This document shows positions 23,380 to 33,003 of a stretch of 41,461 bases of DNA, piece by piece. Position 1 is the first letter of the stretch. Every line of letters starts with the position of its first letter. This DNA comes from Clostridia bacterium (GTDB taxonomy: Bacteria > Bacillota > Clostridia > Oscillospirales > SIG627), in assembly GCA_017558945.1 (NCBI GenBank), contig JAFYTG010000178.1, positions 1-41,461 on the forward strand. Reading direction: 5' to 3'. The notes beneath the pieces are model-generated. The model did not search any database, was not told where the DNA came from, and worked only from the letters and a program-made list of their open reading frames with translations. Position numbers and translations under genes: made by a program.

Positions 23380-24519
23380 TTATCCCTCGAAATCTTCATC
23401 AAAAATATCGTCGTCATCATCGTCCTCGTCAAGTCCGTTGATGGTACCTGCGGCAATCTTATCTGCAAGGTCCTTGCCCTCTGCAAGAATCTTGGACTTG
23501 ATCTCCTCGCGGATATCGGGATTGAGCTTCAGGAATTCCTTAGCCTTCTCCTTACCCTGACCGAGTCTCATATTGCCGTAAGCAAACCACGAGCCACTCT
23601 TCTGCACGATGTCAAGAGCCTCACCGATATCGATAAGCTCACCGTCGGAGGAAATACCCTCGCCGTAAAGCATATCAAACTCTGCCGTCTTGAAGGGAGG
23701 AGCAACCTTATTCTTAACGACCTTACACTTGGTATGGTTACCGATAATGTCGGTCTTTTCCTTTATCTGCTGACCGCGACGGACGTCAATACGCACGGAT
23801 GCGTAGAACTTAAGCGCCTTACCGCCCGTGGTAACCTCGGGGTTACCGTACATAACGCCAACCTTCTCACGAAGCTGGTGGATAAATAACACAACGCAAC
23901 GGCTCTTGGAAATCGCGCCTGCGAGCTTTCTGAGTGCCTGAGACATAAGTCTTGCCTGAGCGCCGACAGCCGACTGTCCCATATCACCGTCAATTTCAGT
24001 CTTGGGAACGAGAGCTGCAACAGAGTCAATGATTACGACGTCAATTGCATCGGTTCTTACAAGCGCCTCGGCAATTTCGAGTGCCTGCTCACCGTAGTCG
24101 GGCTGGGATACGAGAAGCTCGTCGATGTTAACACCGATAGCCTTTGCGTATACGGGGTCAAGTGCGTGCTCTGCATCAATAAATGCCGCAGTTCCTCCAA
24201 GCTTCTGTGCCTCTGCCGCAATGTGAAGTGCGATAGTGGTCTTACCTGAGCTTTCAGGACCGTATATTTCTATAATTCTTCCTCTGGGAATACCGCCTAC
24301 TCCGAGTGCGAGGTCAAGAGAAAGTGAGCCCGTCGGAATAACCTCAACCTCCATTGAAGGAGCGTCTCCAAGCTTCATTACAGTTCCCTGACCGTACTTT
24401 TTGCCAAGTGCGGCAATCGCCTTATTTCTCGACTGTTCCTTCGTTTTTGCTATTTCCTCGGAAGAAAGATTGTCAAGCTCGAGCTTTTCAAAGCCCTTTT
24501 TATCTACCTTTTTTGCCAT
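23380..24519 (-). CDS. recA: recombinase RecA
   Basis: [16 protein letters not shown] (Walker A), [22 protein letters not shown] and an acidic C-terminal tail. Confidence 0.98.
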   Translation of the reverse strand: MAKKVDKKGFEKLELDNLSSEEIAKTKEQSRNKAIAALGKKYGQGTVMKLGDAPSMEVEVIPTGSLSLDLALGVGGIPRGRIIEIYGPESSGKTTIALHIAAEAQKLGGTAAFIDAEHALDPVYAKAIGVNIDELLVSQPDYGEQALEIAEALVRTDAIDVVIIDSVAALVPKTEIDGDMGQSAVGAQARLMSQALRKLAGAISKSRCVVLFIHQLREKVGVMYGNPEVTTGGKALKFYASVRIDVRRGQQIKEKTDIIGNHTKCKVVKNKVAPPFKTAEFDMLYGEGISSDGELIDIGEALDIVQKSGSWFAYGNMRLGQGKEKAKEFLKLNPDIREEIKSKILAEGKDLADKIAAGTINGLDEDDDDDDIFDEDFEG

Positions 24520-24574
24520 TGTGTAACCTTCCTTTCAATATCGCCGTCCCTCAAAAAGAGGGACAGCTGATCAA

Positions 24575-26779
24575 TTATTTATTGAGACAACGTCTTGTAT
24601 AATCAATATTTACAAGCTTTTCAACAAGATTCTGACGTGAGAAGTTATAATGGTTACTTGCCTCAAAGCCAATTCTCGAATCCTTGGACTGAACACGGAT
24701 AGCGTTGATGGTGTTAGCCTCTTCCTCATCAAGCGCCTGCATCATAACCTGCATAACGTCACGGTTGCCGTCGATTACCTTTTCACCGTCGAGCATTGCG
24801 TTACGCGCTCTGACGAAACGGGTAAGATGAAGAACGGACTCGAAGTGTACGAGCGTACCCTTTGCACAGCTCTTGAACTCCTCAAACTCATCACTTGTAT
24901 CCGCACAAGCATCAAGAAGCTTGACAGCCTCACGCCATGGCTCAACGACAAGTCGCATCTGTCTCTCGAATACGTCCTCGGCATATTCTGCGCTCCACGC
25001 ATCAACCGAGTCAAAGGAGATGCCGACCATTGCACCGCGTCTGCCCGTCTTTTCGGTATAGAACACCTGTCTCGGACCCGAGGTTAAGGGAGCCACGTAT
25101 ACGACGGAGCAGGAGAAGGGGAACTGTCGGAAGGCGTCCGACATAATTCTCTGCGCCTTTTTCACGGTATCGGCACAGCCTGCACCAAACACCTCGTCAA
25201 TCATTTCGTCAACGCAGCCATCGAGTGAATATTTGCCGTCAAAAATACCCGAAACGAGCGAAAGCGTGGGAGAAGGAGCACCGCCAAGCGTCCAGGAAAG
25301 CATCATATGACGGATTCCCTCATTCTTGAGATTTACCGCGTGCTCGGCAACAAGGTCGAATACGGGAATATAAGGGACACCGGAGCATTCCCAGGTGTTA
25401 TTGAACTGCACCTTTGCACAGCACTCGTGACCGTGCTTCTTTGCAAGATTCCAATTGTTCTTTGCCCACTCACCGGGACCGGGGTTAGACATTGAATAGT
25501 CAACGATGTCAACGGATGCACCCTTATTTATCTTGATATGAGTCTCGCTCGTTGACTGGAAGATAATTCCTTCGTCAAGAAGCTCGATAACCTTTTCAAC
25601 TCTGTCATCGGGCCATCCCCAAACCCAAGCAATTCCACGGGCGTCGGGATTGGCACGCTTAGCACCTCTGTAAAGGAGGTTATTAACCTCTGCAAGTACC
25701 TCGGGAACGCTACGCTGTGAGCAACGGGGACAGTTACAGTTGTCCTCGTTGGTATGAGAATAGCAGTTAGTGGGGTTTTCACTTCTTGTGATAGTGAAGA
25801 AGCCCGCGAGTCCATCTACCGCCTTAAAAAGCTGATAAGCACCGTTTTCAAGATACTCCTGAACCTCGGGAGTAGAGGTACACAGACAAGCCATACCCTT
25901 ATCCTCGACAGTTCTGCCCTTAATTTCGGGATGCTTTTCAAATACCGACATAGGCATCCAGCGAGGCTCGTTGAAGTAAAGATAAATTCCGATGCCGTAC
26001 TTTGCCGCACGGTCAACGAGCTTCTTAAGATTCTTCTGACGAATCTCCCAGCCTGCCGACATTTCGGGTGCAAAGGGATAAGGAACGAGCTGATAGAGAA
26101 CGCCCTGCATCCATACACCGTTAACACCGTATTTTGCATACTCCTCAAGGAGCTTATCGGGGAAGGGATCGAGAGTTTCGTCTATCAGGGGATCTCCGTA
26201 AAGTGCGAAATATGAATATATAAACTTCATATCCTTACCTGCGAAGGTGGGATAAGGAGTGGTAATGGGAGATGCGGGCTTATAATAATTTCTTGCAAAA
26301 TCAAAGGCTGTATCAGGAGCGTTTCCGATCTTCTCCTCAATATCCTTCAAAAGCTTTGCAAGCTCACGGGTTTTCGTAGCTTCTTCCTCGGTAAGAGGTC
26401 TCCAATAGCACTGTGTACCCTCTGACTTAAAGCTGATCTTATGGTCGAGGAAGTCATCCTCACGAAGCATTATTTCATATTCCTCTGCGGAAATACCGAG
26501 AAGGGTACACTGCTGAGGCTTGGAAAGAATGTGCCAGGTATCACGGACGGTGGTTATGTAGCCACGGCGTCTCCATTCGGGGTCTATCTTCTTATCGGGG
26601 TCAAGTCCCATAAGCTCCCAAGAGGCACGGATATCCTCGGGAGTCGCTTCAAGCACCTCTGCAAGCTTCTCTGCGGAATACATTCCCCAGGTTCTGAAGA
26701 GGACTGCCTGATATTCGGTCGGAAACCATAGATTTCGAATTTTGGGATCGACTACTGTTTCTTTGTAAACGTGTGCCAT
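24575..26779 (-). CDS. hypothetical cytoplasmic 734-aa protein; possible TIM-barrel glycoside-hydrolase-like enzyme (low-confidence function)
   Basis: AAGGAG lies before ATG 26779. No signal peptide. There are two tandem ~45-aa helical N-terminal modules, then alternating beta/alpha-like segments (GVNGVWMQGV, GIGIYLYFNEP) and a Cys cluster NCYSHTNEDNCNCPRC. Confidence 0.8.
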   Translation of the reverse strand: MAHVYKETVVDPKIRNLWFPTEYQAVLFRTWGMYSAEKLAEVLEATPEDIRASWELMGLDPDKKIDPEWRRRGYITTVRDTWHILSKPQQCTLLGISAEEYEIMLREDDFLDHKISFKSEGTQCYWRPLTEEEATKTRELAKLLKDIEEKIGNAPDTAFDFARNYYKPASPITTPYPTFAGKDMKFIYSYFALYGDPLIDETLDPFPDKLLEEYAKYGVNGVWMQGVLYQLVPYPFAPEMSAGWEIRQKNLKKLVDRAAKYGIGIYLYFNEPRWMPMSVFEKHPEIKGRTVEDKGMACLCTSTPEVQEYLENGAYQLFKAVDGLAGFFTITRSENPTNCYSHTNEDNCNCPRCSQRSVPEVLAEVNNLLYRGAKRANPDARGIAWVWGWPDDRVEKVIELLDEGIIFQSTSETHIKINKGASVDIVDYSMSNPGPGEWAKNNWNLAKKHGHECCAKVQFNNTWECSGVPYIPVFDLVAEHAVNLKNEGIRHMMLSWTLGGAPSPTLSLVSGIFDGKYSLDGCVDEMIDEVFGAGCADTVKKAQRIMSDAFRQFPFSCSVVYVAPLTSGPRQVFYTEKTGRRGAMVGISFDSVDAWSAEYAEDVFERQMRLVVEPWREAVKLLDACADTSDEFEEFKSCAKGTLVHFESVLHLTRFVRARNAMLDGEKVIDGNRDVMQVMMQALDEEEANTINAIRVQSKDSRIGFEASNHYNFSRQNLVEKLVNIDYTRRCLNK

Positions 26780-26835
26780 AATGGATTTCTCCTTTTAGTC
26801 ATTAATTATAATAAGTCGCCTTTGGCAACTAAGTT

Positions 26836-27630
26836 TCAGGATATTACGACAACCCTCGGGTTACGGCATAGGTCGTACACCGTCTCGGATTTCGGATAAA
26901 TTTTTTTCAAATCCTCCGCCTGAGACGAGCCTATTTCAAAAAGCATAATACCCGTATGCTTTTCAAACAGACGGTAAAATATCAATCCATCCTCCCCTCC
27001 GTCAAGTGCAAGTGACGGCTCATAGGCTACGTTCATTGGAATTTTCGTCATTTCAAGAGAGGTAAGATACGGAGGATTCATAATAAGAGCGGTGTGGTCG
27101 GGAAGCTCGCTTATCGGACGGCTCAGGAGGTCAAATTTCAACAGTCTGCATCTGTCAAGGACTCCAAGCACCCTTGCGTTTTCCTCGGCTGTTTCAAGCG
27201 CTGTGTCGGATATATCAACGAGCGTTGCGGTGGTATCGGGTCTTTCAAGGAGCACCGATATTCCGAGGCATCCGCTACCCGTACACAAATCAAGAAAATG
27301 CGAGCCTTGAGGTATACGCTTCACAGCCTCCTCTACCAGCGTTTCGCTGTCCCGTCGAGGAATTAAAACGCCCTCTCGAACGGTAAAATCCGACTTGTAA
27401 AAGCGTGCCTTACCTACGATATACTGAAGCGGATAGCCGTTGACGGCTTTTTCAAAGGCTTCAAGCACACACTCTCTCTGCGGTGACGTGAGAGCAGGAA
27501 GTATTATAGGGTCAAACTCCACCCCCTGCCACTCGGCAAGATAGGAGAGTGCCTCGCTTAAGGCAAAGCTTTCACGGGCAAAGTCCGATTTATTATAAAG
27601 CTCTCGGCATTTGCCGATAATCTCATTCAT
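26836..27630 (-). CDS. prmC: release factor glutamine N5-methyltransferase
   Basis: SAM motif LDLCTGSGCLG and catalytic NPPY (IMNPPYL). The start is placed at ATG 27630 (MNEIIGKCREL...), overlapping the upstream stop (ATGAATGA). Confidence 0.9.
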   Translation of the reverse strand: MNEIIGKCRELYNKSDFARESFALSEALSYLAEWQGVEFDPIILPALTSPQRECVLEAFEKAVNGYPLQYIVGKARFYKSDFTVREGVLIPRRDSETLVEEAVKRIPQGSHFLDLCTGSGCLGISVLLERPDTTATLVDISDTALETAEENARVLGVLDRCRLLKFDLLSRPISELPDHTALIMNPPYLTSLEMTKIPMNVAYEPSLALDGGEDGLIFYRLFEKHTGIMLFEIGSSQAEDLKKIYPKSETVYDLCRNPRVVVIS

Positions 27631-28618
27631 CCTCTTTGTCTTCAGCCTTTTCGGGAAGCTCAATTCCCTCAAAAACCGTCTCGGGAGGATAAGTGTCGGG
27701 AAGTGCCATCTTGAGCGCAACGATTGCGCACTCGATTTCCTTATCGTCAGGCTCACGGGTGGTAAGTCTCTGTACCCATTTACCCGGAGCGGTGAGAGCG
27801 TTTATGATAACGCCGTCGTGAGTGCCTGCGAAAATGGTTATTTCATAGCCTATTCCGACAACCACGGGAAGTATAAGAAGCTTTACAAGCACACGGAGGA
27901 TGAGACTGTTCCACAGACTTGCGGGAAGACAAGCCGAGGTGAGAATTCCTATAAACATCATTACGAACAAAAGACTCGTTCCACATCTCGGATGAAAGCG
28001 CGACTGTTTTTTTACGTTTTCAACCGTCAAGGGAAGTCCCTCTTCGTGACAGAAGATGGATTTATGCTCTGCTCCGTGATACTCAAAGGTACGGCGGATA
28101 TCGGGCATAAGTGCAACGAGTGCGATATACGCTATAAAAACACCTATCTTTACAACGCCCTCAAGCACGCTCTTTGAAATATGCGAAAGCTCAAAAACGT
28201 AGGTGTCGATAAGCTTCGAAATCCCCATAGGAAGCCAGAAGAACAGAACCACGGCAAGAAGCACTCCGAGAATCGAGCCAAGTCCTGCGGCGATTGCTAA
28301 AATACTCTTACCAAAATGCTTTTCAAGCCACTTTTCAAATTTACTCGGCTCCTCCTCTATGCCCTGCGCCTCAGCCGAAAAGGTGAGTATGGACATTGAC
28401 ATTATAAGAGTCTCAATGAAATTCACAAAGCCTCTTACAATGGGAAGCTTGAGTATTTTATATTTCTTTGTAACAGAGGTGAATTTACGCTTTTCGGTGG
28501 TAATACCTCCGTCCGCAAGACGTACTGCGGTGCAAACGTTTTCACCGCTCTTCATCATTATTCCTTCAAGCACCGCCTGACCGCCTACACGGGTTGCGGC
28601 ACAAACCTTCTTTTTCAT
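27623..28618 (-). CDS. DUF1385-family membrane protein (commonly paired with prmC)
   Basis: GGQAVLEGIMMK near the N-terminus, YHGAEHK, and several TM segments. Confidence 0.85.
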   Translation of the reverse strand: MKKKVCAATRVGGQAVLEGIMMKSGENVCTAVRLADGGITTEKRKFTSVTKKYKILKLPIVRGFVNFIETLIMSMSILTFSAEAQGIEEEPSKFEKWLEKHFGKSILAIAAGLGSILGVLLAVVLFFWLPMGISKLIDTYVFELSHISKSVLEGVVKIGVFIAYIALVALMPDIRRTFEYHGAEHKSIFCHEEGLPLTVENVKKQSRFHPRCGTSLLFVMMFIGILTSACLPASLWNSLILRVLVKLLILPVVVGIGYEITIFAGTHDGVIINALTAPGKWVQRLTTREPDDKEIECAIVALKMALPDTYPPETVFEGIELPEKAEDKEDE

Positions 28619-28629
28619 AGCTGCTCCTA

Positions 28630-29160
28630 TCAGTTAAATGTGAATTCCTGAACTATTTTATCAATGCTTTCCTTATGAACGTCGAAATAATCGGGAGTTG
28701 AGGTATAGGTCAAAATGTAAATACAGCCGTCACGGTGAAGGGTAAGTATCTGCATAAACTGATATCCGACTCCTCCAACCTCAGCCTTGAAAACTATACG
28801 GCGGGCATCGTTTCCGTCAAGCTCGGTCTCAGTGAAATCCTCAACTATTTCCATACTTGTAAAATTCTGCTGAAATCTCGTTTTATATTCACCGTCAAGA
28901 TATTCGGTAAGGGTTGTAAACTCACGGGGAAGCTCAAACGCCGTAACCGAAACGTTTGTCTTATCCTCCTCGGAAACGTGTGCGGAAACCATTCCGTCGT
29001 TACGGTCGATTATCCATCCCTCGGGAAGATAAAGCTTGTAATCAACGGCGGTATTCTCCTCGTAAAACATTCCGTCGGGCGTATCACTCTTCTCCTTCTT
29101 ACACGAAGATACGGAAAATACGAGTATTACGGCAATGAACAACAATGCAATTTTTTTCAT
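28630..29160 (-). CDS. hypothetical lipoprotein
   Basis: MKKIALLFIAVILVFSVSSC|KKEK signal peptide plus lipobox. 176 aa with no recognised domain. Confidence 0.8.
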   Translation of the reverse strand: MKKIALLFIAVILVFSVSSCKKEKSDTPDGMFYEENTAVDYKLYLPEGWIIDRNDGMVSAHVSEEDKTNVSVTAFELPREFTTLTEYLDGEYKTRFQQNFTSMEIVEDFTETELDGNDARRIVFKAEVGGVGYQFMQILTLHRDGCIYILTYTSTPDYFDVHKESIDKIVQEFTFN

Positions 29161-29240
29161 TTTTTCTCCTTTTCGGTTTCAAGTGCATAACAATACTATT
29201 CTACATTACAGTATAACATATAAATATTAAAATATCAAGT

Positions 29241-29270
29241 AAAAGGAACGGCTTTTTAGCCGTTTCCTCA
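29241..29270 (-). terminator. rho-independent terminator after the cysE-cysS-radical SAM unit
   Basis: On the minus strand: GGAAACGGC-taaaaa-GCCGTTCC followed by TTTT. Confidence 0.6.
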
Positions 29271-29348
29271 AACTTTTTCACCTCACCGTCACCAACGGAT
29301 GCAAAATCAAGAAGCACTGTACGAAGAACAAAGAAAAAAGGAATGCCT

Positions 29349-30326
29349 TCACACTCCTTTTATCTTAAGTCTTATTCCGTATTTATTTTCAAGATAGAGC
29401 TTATTTTCACGTTGAAAGCCAACGCTTACCGAAATTTCTCGGGATGGCACGGAAATAAGTACGGTATCCCCCTTTTCGAATGGGATTTCGTAAAGCCTTT
29501 TCTCAAGCTCGTCACGCTTATCACGGGACAAAACCCTCTCGCCCATTGCCTCGTCGTAAACACTGACCGAATCCTCTCCGCGCACTCCGTCGGTTGAGCA
29601 AAGACCTATTCTCAAAACCTTGACTCCCGCCTCCTTGAATACTCTGTATACAGCAAGAGTACGCTCAACGCTCTCCTCGAGAGACAGAGGCTTGAATTCA
29701 CCGCTCTCGCACAGAGCCTCGAGATCCGTATCGCGAAAAACTACGGTGGGATATATTCTTGAGCTTACCGCACCGCATTCAACTATCGTCCGCGCGGTCT
29801 GAATTTCACTCTCGGCAGACGCCGAGTACATTCCCGTCATCATCTGTCCCGTCAACCGAAAGCCGTGCTCTGCAACACGCTTCATTGCGGAAATTGCCGT
29901 CTCGGCATTATGTCCCCGTGCGTTTTTCAAAAGCACCGTATCGTCGGTTGACTGTATTCCAAGCTCAACGTCCTTGACGTGATGGCGCGACAGTATATCA
30001 AGTATTTCCTCACCAACCGCATCGGGACGGGTGGAAAGCCTCACGCTGTCAACGAGTCCCTTTTCCACATAGCTGTCGGAAATTTCAAGGAGATAGAGCA
30101 TAAGCTCACGCTCAATGGCGGTAAAGCTTCCGCCGAAAAAGGCTATCTGCACGTCACTTCCCGAAGGAATCGTGGATAGGCAGGTGTCTATTTCCTCTCT
30201 TACGCTATCAGGGTTAAAGCGTGCCTTACCCGAAATTTTTCTCTGATTGCAGAACAGACAGGTGTTCGGACAGCCCTCGTGTGGCACGAAAACGGGAATG
30301 GAATAATGCCTTACACTCTTTTCCAT
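29349..30326 (-). CDS. radical SAM protein (ELP3-like Fe-S oxidoreductase family)
   Basis: VFVPHEGCPNTCLFCNQ carries the CxxxCxxC motif. The gene overlaps the cysS 3' end by 16 nt. Confidence 0.85.
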   Translation of the reverse strand: MEKSVRHYSIPVFVPHEGCPNTCLFCNQRKISGKARFNPDSVREEIDTCLSTIPSGSDVQIAFFGGSFTAIERELMLYLLEISDSYVEKGLVDSVRLSTRPDAVGEEILDILSRHHVKDVELGIQSTDDTVLLKNARGHNAETAISAMKRVAEHGFRLTGQMMTGMYSASAESEIQTARTIVECGAVSSRIYPTVVFRDTDLEALCESGEFKPLSLEESVERTLAVYRVFKEAGVKVLRIGLCSTDGVRGEDSVSVYDEAMGERVLSRDKRDELEKRLYEIPFEKGDTVLISVPSREISVSVGFQRENKLYLENKYGIRLKIKGV

Positions 30327-31726
30327 TTCGTACCGCCGGCAGTATCCTCAAGGATAATTCCCTGAGCCTTAAGCTCGTCACGGATTCTGTCAGCCTCGGC
30401 AAAATTCTTTTCCTTCTTTGCGGCGGCTCTCTGTGCATTAAGCGACTCTATCTTTGCCGCAAATTCATCGTTTTCAGCAGGCTCTTCAGCGTTGTTAAGC
30501 TTTTCCGCCTCCTCAATGAGATTGAGAGAGAGAACCTTGTCATAGTCTGCGATAAGCGCAAGCTTGGTTGCATCGTTTGTATCAGCCTTGAGAGCGTTGT
30601 AAAGTGCCGTTACGGCAAGGCTGGTGTTGAGGTCGTTATCCATTGCCTCAACAAAATCACGCTTCAGCTCCTCAAGCTTTGCATTGTCAACCTCTCCGTT
30701 CTTGTCAAGCTTTGCGATTCTTGCAAGAAGCTTATCCCATGCCGCTTTGGCATTGTCAAGATTTTCCCAGGTAAATACAAGGCTCTTTCTGTAATGTGAC
30801 TGCAAGCAGAAGAATCTGTAAACAAGGGGATTGTAGCCCTTTTCCTCGAGAAGTGAAACGGTGAGGAATTCACCCTTTGACTTACTCATCTTACCGTCGT
30901 TTGTATTAAGATGGAGAACGTGGAACCAATAGTTACACCACTTGTGTCCAACGTAGGCTTCACTCTGTGCGATTTCGTTAGTATGGTGGGGGAAGGCATT
31001 GTCTATACCGCCGCAGTGAATATCAAGATATTCTCCGAGATGCTTCATGGAAATACATGAGCATTCAATGTGCCATCCGGGATAACCTACTCCCCAGGGG
31101 CTGTCCCATTTAAGCTCCTGATCGTCAAACTTGGACTTGGTAAACCAGAGAACGAAGTCAGCCTTGTTTCTCTTGTTGTCATCCTTTTCAACACCCTCGC
31201 GGACACCGTCCTGAAGATCCTCCTCCTCAAAGTTGTTAAAGAGGTAATACTGCTTGAGCTTTGAGGTGTCGAAATAGATGTTTCCGCCTGCTTCGTATGC
31301 GTAATCCTTTTCAATAAGATTTTCGATAACCTTGATGAATTCATCGATACATCCGGTTGCAGGCTCAATTACCTCGGGAAGCTTGATGTTGAGCTTACCG
31401 CAGTCCGCAAAAAAGGCATCCGTATAGAACTTTGCAATTTCCATAACGGTCTTCTTTTCACGCTTTGCACCCTTGAGCATCTTATCCTCGCCCGTATCTG
31501 CATCGCTTGAAAGGTGTCCAACGTCGGTGATGTTCATAACACGCTTAACGTCAAGACCCGTGTAACGAAGATACTTTTCAAGCACGTCCTCCATAATGTA
31601 GGTGCGAAGGTTTCCGATATGTGCAAAATGGTAAACCGTAGGACCGCAGGTATACATTGACACCTTGCCCGGCTCGTGAGGAATAAATTCGTCCTTTGTT
31701 CTTGTGAGTGAGTTGTATAATTTCAT
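30311..31726 (-). CDS. cysS: cysteine--tRNA ligase
   Basis: MYTCGPTVYHFAHIGNLRTY (HIGH region) and KMSKSKGEF (KMSKS). Confidence 0.97.
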   Translation of the reverse strand: MKLYNSLTRTKDEFIPHEPGKVSMYTCGPTVYHFAHIGNLRTYIMEDVLEKYLRYTGLDVKRVMNITDVGHLSSDADTGEDKMLKGAKREKKTVMEIAKFYTDAFFADCGKLNIKLPEVIEPATGCIDEFIKVIENLIEKDYAYEAGGNIYFDTSKLKQYYLFNNFEEEDLQDGVREGVEKDDNKRNKADFVLWFTKSKFDDQELKWDSPWGVGYPGWHIECSCISMKHLGEYLDIHCGGIDNAFPHHTNEIAQSEAYVGHKWCNYWFHVLHLNTNDGKMSKSKGEFLTVSLLEEKGYNPLVYRFFCLQSHYRKSLVFTWENLDNAKAAWDKLLARIAKLDKNGEVDNAKLEELKRDFVEAMDNDLNTSLAVTALYNALKADTNDATKLALIADYDKVLSLNLIEEAEKLNNAEEPAENDEFAAKIESLNAQRAAAKKEKNFAEADRIRDELKAQGIILEDTAGGTKWKRV

Positions 31727-31744
31727 AATAAATCCTTTCGTTTT

Positions 31745-32386
31745 TTAATTTTTTGATTCCGTGTTACTTGCGTCTTCCAATTCCTTGATTCTTGTCTCCA
31801 TAAGCTCAAGCTGATGCCTCAATCTGCAAAGCTCTGTGGAAACAGGGTCGGGAATATGAATCTGGTCCATATCCTCCTTTTTACCGCCGCGGCGTACGAT
31901 TTTTGCAGGAACGCCCACCGCCGTACAGTCATCGGGAATTTCGTTAAGCACTACCGCACCGCTGGCAATTTTTACGTTGTTTCCAACCTTGAAGGGACCG
32001 AGCACCTTTGCACCCGCACCGATAAGCACGTTGTTTCCGATAGTCGGATGGCGCTTACCCGTATCCTTACCGGTACCGCCAAGAGTAACCCCCTGATAAA
32101 TGGTACAATCATCGCCAATTTCAGTAGTTTCTCCGATTACAACTCCTGTGCCGTGGTCAATAAAAAGCCCCGTACCGATAGTAGCGCCGGGATGTATTTC
32201 AATGCCGGTCAGAAATTTTGCAAATTGGGAAATTGCACGGGCGATGAAAAACAGATGCGCCTTGTAGAAAAAGTGTGATATTCTGTAATATATAAGAGCG
32301 TGAAAGCCCGAATAAAGAAAGAATATCTCAAGATACGAGCGTGCCGCAGGGTCACGTCGGCGTATAGCCTTAAGGTCCTTAATCAT
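31745..32386 (-). CDS. cysE: serine O-acetyltransferase
   Basis: RDPAARSYLEIFFLYSGFHALIYYRISH plus left-handed beta-helix hexapeptide repeats (IHPGATIGTGLFIDHGTGVVIGETTEIGDDCTIYQGVTLGG). The start is placed at ATG 32386, with GGAGGA upstream. The ORF-track extension to 32497 would run into the T-box terminator. Confidence 0.93.
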   Translation of the reverse strand: MIKDLKAIRRRDPAARSYLEIFFLYSGFHALIYYRISHFFYKAHLFFIARAISQFAKFLTGIEIHPGATIGTGLFIDHGTGVVIGETTEIGDDCTIYQGVTLGGTGKDTGKRHPTIGNNVLIGAGAKVLGPFKVGNNVKIASGAVVLNEIPDDCTAVGVPAKIVRRGGKKEDMDQIHIPDPVSTELCRLRHQLELMETRIKELEDASNTESKN

Positions 32387-32441
32387 ATATCCTCCAAAAG
32401 CTTCCTTATATAGTATATTATATACATCAAATTGGGTAAAT

Positions 32442-32656
32442 AAAAAAGCCTCTTGCAAAAATGCAAGAGGCGCTCTGTGGCGCGGTTCCACTCTCATTTA
32501 TAACTTTCAACTCAGACTTGTATCACTATGCGGGCGCACGTTCAAAGGGCGTTGTGTCAAGCGGCTCTCACCTACCCGCTCTCTCTGTTGACCTTAACCT
32601 ATCTACTCTTCCCGAATACGCTTAAAGCGTACCTGAACAGTCTTAATATTTAACTT
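32442..32656 (-). promoter_or_regulatory. T-box leader (tRNA-sensing riboswitch) controlling cysE-cysS
   Basis: On the minus strand: the conserved T-box sequence GAGAGTGGAACCGCGCC (complement of 32479..32495), directly followed by the terminator GCCTCTTGC-attttt-GCAAGAGGC plus TTTTTT (32442..32471). Upstream there are Stem-I-like AGAGA/AGTAG elements and a candidate UGC (Cys) specifier at the complement of 32536..32538. Confidence 0.85.
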
Positions 32657-32662
32657 GCTCAC

Positions 32663-32691
32663 ATTGTAACACACAAAACGGCTTCCGTCAA
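32663..32691 (-). promoter_or_regulatory. sigma-70-type (extended -10) promoter of the T-box/cysES unit
   Basis: On the minus strand: TTGACG (32691..32686), a 17-nt spacer ending in TGT, then TACAAT (32668..32663). Confidence 0.6.
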
Positions 32692-33003
32692 GCATTAAGC
32701 GGCACGAAATTTCGTATTGTATATTTTTGATTTTTAACAACCGATTGCACAATATGTTGTGTTTTTTTCGAAAAAACTGTGAACTTTTCCCTATTTTGTA
32801 TTCTCTTTAACTCATTTTTCAATCGCACACCCAAAAAGTTTTAGCAAGTTGCTCAATAAAATTAATAACTTTTTGTGCATTTTGCAAAACTCCCAAAAAT
32901 TGATTTACGATTTTTCGAACAATTTTGTTCTTTAAACCGAAAAATTTTGTATTTTTGACAAAAAAGACAGATTTTTTAAGAGCCGTTTTTTAAAAACACC
33001 GAT

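Noticed and set aside
23300-23560. ORF with a poly-Ser run (…[15 protein letters not shown]…)
   Set aside because: It is the antisense reading of the acidic DEDDDDDD tail region of recA and the recX start. It is an artefact of GAT/GAC repeats.
24520-24574. LexA (Cheo-box, GAAC-N4-GTTC type) operator or terminator upstream of recA
   Set aside because: No GAAC...GTTC-type palindrome is present. The hairpin GTCCCTC-aaaaa-GAGGGAC has no following U-run on the minus strand, so I do not call it an operator or a terminator.
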